DNA of 14,473 bases. It comes from a virus. Every line of letters starts with the position of its first letter. Position 1 is the stretch's first letter. A program made the position numbers and the translations under genes. A model generated the notes under the pieces. That model did no database searches, was not told where the DNA came from, and worked only from the letters and a program-made list of their open reading frames with translations. Below, in pieces: positions 7,717 through 13,824 of the stretch. The DNA is taken from IMG/VR virus record IMGVR_UViG_3300030015_000005; one strand, given 5' to 3'.

Positions 7717-8083
7717 TAGTATCGTCCTTATTTTCTATGTATCCGTTATCCGCGGATAGCGATGGCATATATCGGTCCACCCACTTATCCACTTCCGGTA
7801 TTGCCATCACGCGCGTCACCAGGGAGGTGATTGCGAGAATGCTAGCGACTGCTGGGATTGTAGAGATTTCCAGAGTCTTAGCAATTTCAGGCAACGCCGG
7901 TAGCAGTGCTATCAGGGCGGCGACGGCTGTTCGAGCGGTGGCGCGCCACGGGTGTCGTGCCTGTGTTGGTGCTTGGTTTAGCTCCAGAGTTTCCGCGCGG
8001 TGTTTGATAATGTTCACCCCCTTTGATAGACTTACCCGCTTTTCGTATCCAACCAGCGAGAGCGATAGCCACCAGCAGAACAC
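7703..8083 (-). CDS. Holin-like membrane protein with two predicted TM segments; start uncertain (GTG 8083 or GTG 8017)
   Basis: Hydrophobic segments TAVAALIALLPALPEI and IPAVASILAITSLVTRVMAI, located directly downstream of the endolysin. The only in-frame starts are two GTGs, and neither has a well-spaced SD. The 3' end overlaps the capsid gene start by 14 nt. Confidence 0.6.
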   Translation of the reverse strand: MFCWWLSLSLVGYEKRVSLSKGVNIIKHRAETLELNQAPTQARHPWRATARTAVAALIALLPALPEIAKTLEISTIPAVASILAITSLVTRVMAIPEVDKWVDRYMPSLSADNGYIENKDDTNGHT

Positions 8084-8126
8084 CAGAGACTATTCCAGCG
8101 ATATAGATAATTGCCATGATTAACAT
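7887..8126 (-). CDS. Small membrane protein with one N-terminal TM segment (holin/lysis-associated); the C-terminal half overlaps 7703..8083 out of frame
   Basis: ATG at 8126 abuts the endolysin TAG (TAGATG). The N-terminus MLIMAIIYIAGIVSGVLLVAIALAGWIRKAGK is a clear TM helix followed by basic residues. The remainder is low-complexity and overlaps the next ORF. Confidence 0.5.
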   Translation of the reverse strand: MLIMAIIYIAGIVSGVLLVAIALAGWIRKAGKSIKGGEHYQTPRGNSGAKPSTNTGTTPVARHRSNSRRRPDSTATGVA

Positions 8127-8927
8127 CTACTTAGTTAGGTGTCGAATGATGGTGTCCAGCTTTTCTTCCACGCGCGGCAAAATGTCATCTGTTAAGCGGG
8201 TGAGCTTAGCGTCATTCTCCAGGGCATAACCGATAGCCGTATCACGAAAACTTGAGCGGTTATTATCCGCGTCCGTATAGCGTGATTGGAATTCGTGTGT
8301 CAATTCGTGATGTACGCGGTTCAGCTTTTGCGACTGTTCATCGTTCATTGCGTCTGTCTCCTTAGTTGCGGTGTTTGTCTTTTGTGAGCCATCGGGGTTG
8401 ACTTCCTGCCGTGCCAGGGCGTCATAAAAGCGTTGTGCTTCGTTCATCCACTGTTGATGGTATTTGCCACCATTAGCGAGATGATAGGGGCATGAGGTTT
8501 GCCCAAATTCCCTGTGGTCACGAATATTTTTACCAAATACCGGGCGGCCCAATTTATAGAACAAACAGAGCGCCGCGGCTAGGCGGGCGCCGCTAATTAT
8601 CGTCTGTTCACTAATAGGCCAATCCGCGCTAGCGCCCGCGCTGTTGCTGTGTTCAATCGAGATAGAGCGCGCGTTACTAGCGGTGTTAGCGTTACTCCAG
8701 GCGGTGTTTCCATCGTAAACAGATTGGCCCACACTGCCATTAGGCGCCACTACATAGTGAGCACTAGCCTGTCGGGTGTTCCACACCCTATCCACTACAT
8801 CCTTAACATCACCCACCATTGCGAGGTGGTGGCGCGTAACATATTCAATCTTTGCCTGTCGGCCTTTAGTGAAGTGCTTATTCAGCAGATAAATGTTATC
8901 AGGCTGTACGTTGTAATAGTCTTTCAT
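8127..8927 (-). CDS. Endolysin, N-acetylmuramoyl-L-alanine amidase (Amidase_2/PGRP, T7-lysozyme-like) with an unassigned ~90-aa helical C-terminal region
   Basis: Motifs RHHLAM, SAHYVV, SISIEH and DHREFGQTSCP. The His...His-x8-Cys arrangement matches the zinc ligands of T7-lysozyme-type amidases. ATGA overlap with the portal stop. Confidence 0.9.
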   Translation of the reverse strand: MKDYYNVQPDNIYLLNKHFTKGRQAKIEYVTRHHLAMVGDVKDVVDRVWNTRQASAHYVVAPNGSVGQSVYDGNTAWSNANTASNARSISIEHSNSAGASADWPISEQTIISGARLAAALCLFYKLGRPVFGKNIRDHREFGQTSCPYHLANGGKYHQQWMNEAQRFYDALARQEVNPDGSQKTNTATKETDAMNDEQSQKLNRVHHELTHEFQSRYTDADNNRSSFRDTAIGYALENDAKLTRLTDDILPRVEEKLDTIIRHLTK

Positions 8928-9979
8928 CGTTCTACCTCCTGTTTGTCATCATCTGGCACATCCAGGTCACCCACGGTGGGTCCGGTTAAGTCTCTCAGGT
9001 CGAATGCCACCGCGTGCCCACGGGGCACCATGTCATCCAGGCCCAAACGTGCTGCCACCGCTGCCATGAACGGCGCCAATCCATAATCCACTAATTCGAC
9101 GTTGCGCGCGTCTTGGTTGTGGTAGGTGAGATTACCGGCGCCGGATTGGTGGGCGTCCACCAGGCTAGCGGGGACACCTACCGCGCGAGCACAATCAACC
9201 GCCGCCATCGTGCGGCCCTCCACTAGAATTTGTGGTTCCGATTTGCCTAGTTCGCGAGCTTCGATAGTCTGCGAGGTGTAGGCAACGCCGCCATTTTCAT
9301 CGCGGCGGGCGGCGCTCCAGTCATCAATCAGCGCGCGGGCCTGTTCGCGTGTTAGTGGTTGTCCACTGGTTTGGTGCAAGTCGATTTGGGCGCTAGGGTT
9401 CCGCGCCGCGCGCGCCGCCATCTTGTTGATTTCCGCGGCGTGTTTAACAGTATCGCCGCTAGATTCAAGTAGCCCCTCATCAACTCCAGGGATAAGACAA
9501 AACTGTTCAGTTGATACCAGATTGCCGTTAATGTTGATTTTCCCGTTAGAGTCAATATCCCACAGGTGATAAGGCACGCGGTCCGCGCGAATAACAGCGC
9601 CATCGCTGTCACGCTCCAGGCCCCACAGGCTCCAGCCGTAAAATAGCAAATCGTCAATGGTCCACGTCATTCTAAAGAATGGCGATTGAACACCATCGGT
9701 ACGGTTAAGCCAAATTGGTTGCTTATCCGCGCGGCGTCCATTCATGCGAGCTTCCAGCGGACAACGCGCGATTGAACCAACCAGAATATTCCGCGCCCGC
9801 TTAATCGCTGGCACGCCCATGGCAGTCCGTCGCGATACCACACCAGAACCATTAGGCGGGGTGATAGTCACCAGATGATTAGGACTAGCCCACGGCGATT
9901 CCAGGCCCACTGTGTCATGCGCCGTGTGTGCCAGATAAGGCAGTGCGAGGGCGTCCCTAAGCATGTCGGTTAATCCCAT
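8924..9979 (-). CDS. Portal protein (small, HK97-type family)
   Basis: 351 aa, in the packaging module downstream of the large terminase. The general sequence character is portal-like (…FFRMTWTIDDLLFYGWSLWGLERD…, acidic C-terminus). Assignment rests on synteny and resemblance, not on a defined motif. Confidence 0.8.
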   Translation of the reverse strand: MGLTDMLRDALALPYLAHTAHDTVGLESPWASPNHLVTITPPNGSGVVSRRTAMGVPAIKRARNILVGSIARCPLEARMNGRRADKQPIWLNRTDGVQSPFFRMTWTIDDLLFYGWSLWGLERDSDGAVIRADRVPYHLWDIDSNGKININGNLVSTEQFCLIPGVDEGLLESSGDTVKHAAEINKMAARAARNPSAQIDLHQTSGQPLTREQARALIDDWSAARRDENGGVAYTSQTIEARELGKSEPQILVEGRTMAAVDCARAVGVPASLVDAHQSGAGNLTYHNQDARNVELVDYGLAPFMAAVAARLGLDDMVPRGHAVAFDLRDLTGPTVGDLDVPDDDKQEVER

Positions 9980-9983
9980 AAAC

Positions 9984-10241
9984 TTATGATGATCTGTGGT
10001 TGCTTTTCTTTTGTCGATTTTCCCAGTTCAATCGCCATATTTTTTTACGCACTTTTTGCGTTAGCTTCGCGGCCCGGGCGCTGTTGTGGTGCCAGCGTAA
10101 ATGGTTATACAGTGGTTTCCACACGCCCGCGGGGTCCGGCGCCCAAAAGCGCTGTTGACATAGTGGGCATGGCAGAACGGCGCCTGTGTCGCTGTCATCC
10201 ACCTGTAGGCGGGGTGTCTTATTTGTCTTTTTCTTAGCCAT
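9984..10241 (-). CDS. Small, very basic C2H2-like zinc-finger protein
   Basis: 85 aa with Lys/Arg-rich termini (MAKKKTNKTPR..., ...KVRKKIWRLNWENRQKKSNHRSS). Central C25-x2-C28-x3-F-x14-H47-x3-H51(H52). Lies between the large terminase stop (3 nt upstream) and the portal start (4 nt downstream). Confidence 0.6.
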   Translation of the reverse strand: MAKKKTNKTPRLQVDDSDTGAVLPCPLCQQRFWAPDPAGVWKPLYNHLRWHHNSARAAKLTQKVRKKIWRLNWENRQKKSNHRSS

Positions 10242-10244
10242 GAG

Positions 10245-11657
10245 TTATGTCCAAATCGTTGGTGGTGGCGCGGTGTCAGTGGATAGCGTTAAGCCTGTTA
10301 GTGCGAGGGCGGCAGACTCCAGCGGCGCGATAGAACCAGGGGACTTTTTGCGGTCCATCATTTGCCCTAAGTCTCCTACATTGCGCAATGTCAAACGGTC
10401 CAGCGATGTCGCTAGTCCGTTATCTGTGCGTAGCGTGAGAGTAGCGTCCCTAATGCCATCGAGCATGGCACCAGTACCCGCGGCGATTTCGCGCGGGGTG
10501 GGTGTGGTCACTATGTCAGTTAGGCGGGGGTCCGTAGCCAATACCGCCGCGGGGGAATGCGCGTCAATCATTATGGACCGTGGCGAATGAGAGCGGTCCA
10601 GTTCTTTAATCCGGTCGATGGCCCATGACGTTCCAGGGCGCGTGTCCACGATTTCTGCCACCGGGCGCCCGGTAGCAGAGTACCCCGCGGCGCTAATGCA
10701 AGTTTCAGAGCGGTCCCAGGATACGGCGACACCAAACACCACCGGCGATTTGTCACCAATGGCGTCGCCATCGTGCAACGCTCCAGCGATGGTGTCAGCG
10801 TCAAATACCGCCGCGCGTGTTGCTGTTCGCTGGTTCGCATAAGCGCGCGCAAATTCTGATGGCTTTAGCGTGGCGTGGGCGTCATGGATTGCCTGTGGTG
10901 GAATAGTGTGACCAACGGCGGGGTGAGCACGAATAACAGCGTCCACGTCGCTAGCGTCTATTGATTCATCTAATCCCCAATCAATAATGCAAGTGCGGGG
11001 GTCATCCATGGCGCGCGCCTTATCCACGATGGCGTGCCACCATGTGCTATTAGCGTCGCCCATCGTAGATAGCATGATTGTTTGTGCATTAGGGCGCGTG
11101 TTCTGCGTGGGAACAATCGCTTGCATGAGCGCATCGCCCTGTACCTCCGTATAGGCCCACGGCTCATCTATCAGATTCAAATCCGATTGTTCGCCGTGCA
11201 GGTACTTATCGGTAGGGGGGTGTGGCCTAAATTGTGCACCGGTCGATGGCAGAATCAGGCGTGTATCGCCGGCGCCACGTTTGAGTGAGAATAACCCGGG
11301 CAAATTACGTTGCACCGGCGGGGCGAGCTCCTGTAGGAATCGCTCACGGGCGGCTTGCCCAGATTGCGCGGTATACCAAATTTTGCCCATGGGTGTAATC
11401 ATCGTGCGATGTAGCCCTAGGGTGAGTGTCTTTGTGGTCTTTCCCGATTGCCTAGGCACGGTGATAATAACGGTGTGATAGATGAAATTGCCGTTATGGT
11501 CTACCTCCTGCGCTACATCCGCGGCCATTCTTTGCCAGGGCATAAAAGGTTTTCCAAGCGCGGCGGCAACTTTAGCACTTTTGCCCCCTAGCGTTCGATT
11601 ATTCAGATTCCGCGGTGTGTGGTAACGCGGTTTCGCTGTCATCGTCATCACCTCCAT
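10245..11657 (-). CDS. Terminase large subunit
   Basis: 470 aa. Walker A VPRQSGKTT, Walker B-like DLNLIDEPWA, and a C-terminal nuclease-like region (VVFGVAVSWD...). The true start may be the third ATG at 11642, because GGAGGTG lies 6 nt upstream of it. Confidence 0.92.
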   Translation of the reverse strand: MEVMTMTAKPRYHTPRNLNNRTLGGKSAKVAAALGKPFMPWQRMAADVAQEVDHNGNFIYHTVIITVPRQSGKTTKTLTLGLHRTMITPMGKIWYTAQSGQAARERFLQELAPPVQRNLPGLFSLKRGAGDTRLILPSTGAQFRPHPPTDKYLHGEQSDLNLIDEPWAYTEVQGDALMQAIVPTQNTRPNAQTIMLSTMGDANSTWWHAIVDKARAMDDPRTCIIDWGLDESIDASDVDAVIRAHPAVGHTIPPQAIHDAHATLKPSEFARAYANQRTATRAAVFDADTIAGALHDGDAIGDKSPVVFGVAVSWDRSETCISAAGYSATGRPVAEIVDTRPGTSWAIDRIKELDRSHSPRSIMIDAHSPAAVLATDPRLTDIVTTPTPREIAAGTGAMLDGIRDATLTLRTDNGLATSLDRLTLRNVGDLGQMMDRKKSPGSIAPLESAALALTGLTLSTDTAPPPTIWT

Positions 11658-12015
11658 CGGGCGCGCCTAATCCATTGAGCAAATCAGCGATGGCGGCGTC
11701 AGTATCATCACCGCGGCTATCGGGCGTCAAGCGCGCTTCGCGTAGCGCGTTCACCATCTGGTCCAAAATCTTCGTAGGTCCATACGGTTTATTCTGCGAT
11801 TCGAACGCGTCAAGGGCCCATGCACCCGCCATGAGCGTCGACGCCAGGGCGCCATCGACTTCGGTAATGTGCCCATCGTCATAGGCTTTATCTAGCGCGT
11901 CATTAAATGCGCTTTGATGGCGCCCGGTGTTCAGGCGCATATCATCTTTGGTAGTTGGTTCAGGGAATAGGCTGTCTTGTCCCTCACGTGGGCGGCGGGG
12001 GTTTGGGCGGGGCAT
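11599..12015 (-). CDS. Terminase small subunit, putative
   Basis: 138 aa, immediately upstream of and overlapping the large terminase. Good SD (AAGGAAG 8 nt before the ATG). Basic N-terminus, helical core, acidic tail. Function assigned mainly by position. Confidence 0.6.
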   Translation of the reverse strand: MPRPNPRRPREGQDSLFPEPTTKDDMRLNTGRHQSAFNDALDKAYDDGHITEVDGALASTLMAGAWALDAFESQNKPYGPTKILDQMVNALREARLTPDSRGDDTDAAIADLLNGLGAPDGGDDDDSETALPHTAESE

Positions 12016-12092
12016 GATTGGGACTTCCTTAGGGGCGTTTCATAGCGTTAGCCGGGCGTTTCGTACCTAGCCCGGGGTTGATTTTTGTCGAG

Positions 12093-12120
12093 AAAAAGGC
12101 AGCTCGGCGCGGGACTGCCT
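12093..12120 (-). terminator. Terminator-like hairpin plus T-run between HNH and small terminase
   Basis: The minus strand reads AGGCAG-tcccgcgccgag-CTGCCT followed by TTTTCTCG. The stem is only 6 bp with a 12-nt loop, so this is weak. Confidence 0.35.
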
Positions 12121-12164
12121 AGGCGGTTGAAATGTTAAAAAATGACTTCAACATTGAACCAATA

Positions 12165-12428
12165 TCACCATTTTCGTGATGGACTAGCACGGCTTGGCAG
12201 TGGGTGCAAATCGCGCCACTTATCCAGCGCCATCGCGCCGCGTGAGCTATTGCAGGACTTATGAGCGGGTGCCAGGTTGTCCAGTTCATCGCCGCCGCCG
12301 CGTGAGCGCGGAACGATGTGGTCCAGCGTGTCAGCTCCAGGCATTCCACAGAGATGGCACACGCGCCCGCGGTCCGCAAATACCACCGCCGCTAATCGCG
12401 CTATCTTCCTACCATTCCAGCCAGTCAT
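12165..12428 (-). CDS. HNH endonuclease
   Basis: 87 aa with CHLCG...DHIVPRSRGG...DNLAPAHKSCNSSRG. ATGA overlap with the WhiB-like stop. It lies just upstream of the terminase genes, as in HNH-assisted cos packaging systems. Confidence 0.9.
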   Translation of the reverse strand: MTGWNGRKIARLAAVVFADRGRVCHLCGMPGADTLDHIVPRSRGGGDELDNLAPAHKSCNSSRGAMALDKWRDLHPLPSRASPSRKW

Positions 12429-12751
12429 GCCAGCGCCGTCCTAGCCTGTTCCACGTTGCCAGTAAAGCTAACCAACTGTAGAGCTGTCTTAGCCTGTGAG
12501 CGTCCACCGCGCGCCGCCGTGCCAGGGGGAGGAATAGGGATACCCGCGCGAATGACGCCCGTATCGAATGAGAGCAGAGCGTCACTAGCACACTGCCTAA
12601 CCACAGGACAATCAGCGCAATAACCAATCACACTAGACACATCAACCGTAGCGGGCGATTGACTGCCAGTTACTTCCCACAGAGATAAGTCACTGCCAAC
12701 ACACTTAGCCCCCTTACGCCATGATTGACTGCCACGCTGTTTGATTCCCAT
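12425..12751 (-). CDS. whiB: WhiB-like Fe-S transcription factor
   Basis: 108 aa with C17 plus C45-x2-C48-x5-C54 (YCADCPVVRQC), the WhiB four-Cys pattern. A degenerate turn GVIRAG sits where WhiB proteins have GVWGG. SD AAGGA lies 10 nt upstream of the ATG. Confidence 0.75.
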   Translation of the reverse strand: MGIKQRGSQSWRKGAKCVGSDLSLWEVTGSQSPATVDVSSVIGYCADCPVVRQCASDALLSFDTGVIRAGIPIPPPGTAARGGRSQAKTALQLVSFTGNVEQARTALA

Positions 12752-12874
12752 AGCCTATTAATCCTTACCCTTATCCTAGCTACTACGTGCATAACCTAAT
12801 GGACCCCTAAAGGGGATTAGCTTCTCGGTGACCCCCCATTGTTGGTTTCCCATTTTTTCCGCTTTCCCGTGTCA

Positions 12875-12915
12875 CCCCACGGCTTTTAGCCCCGCGGCCT
12901 TTTAGCGCCGTGGGG
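12875..12915. other. GC-rich 9-bp inverted repeat enclosing a duplicated CTTTTAGC motif, inside the 432-bp non-coding region
   Basis: ccccacggc (12875..12883) pairs with gccgtgggg (12907..12915). The 23-nt interior reads ttttagc-cccgcggcc-ttttagc. No U-run follows on either strand, so it is not a standard intrinsic terminator. Confidence 0.7.
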
Positions 12916-13183
12916 CTTCCAGAGTTGCCCTTAGAGTTGGTAGCTAGTCAGCTCCAGGGGGATTAGGTGACGCCCGGCCCAATCCATCGAAAGCACTGTT
13001 AGGCGTCTGCGAGTTGTTGTTAACCCTGTACTTAGCACGATAAAGCAGGGGATCTGTTGTTGGTTTATTGGTCCATATTCAATTATTGACGTATCGTGTG
13101 CGAACGTCATAAGGGCACATAACGCGGATACCGGGGCTTATTTGGTGTTGGTTATGTGTCCATATCACGCGCGCTAACGCGGG

Positions 13184-13369
13184 TTAGAACAATGGTTGTA
13201 TGTCAGTAGCTCCAGGGGCCGGGGCCGGTATTCTACAGTCTCGGCATATTTGATTAGTTGGGATAAGTTCACCAGCAAACACGCGGTGGCATTTAACGCA
13301 CTTAATCCCCTGTGAGTTCCGGCGCCATGGTCTAAATTCGCCATCAATCCACGGCATAACTATCACCAT
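13184..13369 (-). CDS. Small zinc-ribbon protein (early gene, unknown function)
   Basis: 61 aa with C24-x2-C27-x14-C42-x2-C45. An alternative start at ATG 13357 would give a 14-nt overlap with the upstream stop. Confidence 0.6.
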   Translation of the reverse strand: MVIVMPWIDGEFRPWRRNSQGIKCVKCHRVFAGELIPTNQICRDCRIPAPAPGATDIQPLF

Positions 13370-13559
13370 TAGCGATATTTATGGCGTCCCTAGCGGCGTC
13401 GTCCAGGTCATCGCCAAAATCATAGATTTCCAATTTGTTGTCTAGCTCCTGTGCAACGTCGCCAATGATTACGGCGCGTTCGTAGTCTCCAGACTTTTCC
13501 GCTTCTGCGACTAGGCCATCGAGTACGGCGGCAACACGCCATCCACTAATCATCGTCAT
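13344..13559 (-). CDS. Small, strongly acidic protein (early gene, unknown function)
   Basis: I prefer the ATG at 13559, with GGAG 8 nt upstream, over the TTG at 13631 used by the track. The product is 71 aa, MTMISGWRVAAVLDGLVAEAEKSGDYERAVIIGDVAQELDNKLEIYDFGDDLDDAARDAINIANGDSYAVD, with about 17 Asp/Glu and 5 Arg/Lys by my count. Confidence 0.6.
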   Translation of the reverse strand: MTMISGWRVAAVLDGLVAEAEKSGDYERAVIIGDVAQELDNKLEIYDFGDDLDDAARDAINIANGDSYAVD

Positions 13560-13743
13560 TGGTTCGCTCCATATCGTCTTTGATTTGGTAGATAACCTCA
13601 CGAGAAAACACGAATTGCCCACGTACACCAATACGCGCGACGTAGGGAATGCGCCCTTTTTTTGCGTCGCGGAACACTGCCTGTCGAGATAGGCCCAATA
13701 ATTCGGCTACCTCCGTAAGGCCAATAAAATCGTGAGTACTCAT
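13546..13743 (-). CDS. Excisionase-family (HTH_17/MerR-like) helix-turn-helix DNA-binding protein
   Basis: I prefer the ATG at 13743, giving 65 aa. FIGLTEVAELLGLSRQAVFRDAKKGRIPYVARIGVRGQFVFSREVI matches the excisionase-type winged HTH pattern. The track start at 13779 is a TTG that coincides with the predicted -35 box. Confidence 0.8.
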   Translation of the reverse strand: MSTHDFIGLTEVAELLGLSRQAVFRDAKKGRIPYVARIGVRGQFVFSREVIYQIKDDMERTNDDD

Positions 13744-13750
13744 GTTCCTA

Positions 13751-13779
13751 GTAATACATGAGACACGCGGGGAAGTCAA
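13751..13779 (-). promoter_or_regulatory. Putative sigma70/SigA-type promoter driving a leaderless early transcript
   Basis: The minus strand reads TTGACT-17 nt-TATTAC, then 7 nt (TAGGAAC), then the ATG of the HTH gene. This places the predicted transcription start at or next to the start codon. Confidence 0.45.
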
Positions 13780-13795
13780 CCGTTATATATGACGA

Positions 13796-13824
13796 AACCC
13801 CGCGGGGGGTGATTCCGCGGGGTT
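13796..13824 (-). terminator. Hairpin terminator after the tail-fibre gene
   Basis: Perfect 10-bp GC-rich stem AACCCCGCGG / CCGCGGGGTT with a 9-nt loop, beginning 6 nt after the fibre TAA. On the minus strand it is followed by TCGTCATATAT, so the U-tract is short. Confidence 0.55.

Noticed and set aside
6285-12627. Nested minus-strand ORFs out of frame inside larger genes (6285..6515, 9352..9657, 10571..10852, 10970..11167, 12119..12379, 12409..12627)
   Set aside because: Each lies wholly within a well-supported gene (capsid, portal, terminase, HNH, WhiB-like). Their composition is low-complexity or Arg/Pro/Trp-rich, typical of off-frame translation, and none has a ribosome-binding site.
12931-13110. 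A 59-aa minus-strand ORF (MTFAHDTSIIEYGPINQQQIPCFIVLSTG...) inside the 432-bp non-coding region, just under the track's size cutoff
   Set aside because: It has no Shine-Dalgarno or coupling to a neighbour, it is rich in otherwise rare-looking codons, and its sequence has no recognisable features. It is kept only as a possibility to test with Ribo-seq or conservation.
12752-13183. A possible tRNA or other known small RNA gene in the large intergenic region
   Set aside because: I could not find a GTTCRANNC T-loop, a cloverleaf arrangement or hammerhead-type core motifs on either strand. A covariance-model scan is still needed.
7703-13559. A recurrent 14-nt start/stop overlap at three gene junctions (7703..7716, 13344..13357, 13546..13559)
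   Set aside because: The overlapping sequences are unrelated (ATGGACACACCTAA, ATGCCGTGGATTGA, ATGACGATGATTAG) and two depend on my choice of start codon. This most likely reflects general genome compaction, not a shared signal.
13546-13743. The excisionase-family HTH as evidence for a temperate or integrative element
   Set aside because: No integrase, repressor-like divergent gene, att-like flanking repeat or host DNA is visible. This HTH type is common as a general DNA-binding regulator in lytic actinobacteriophages.
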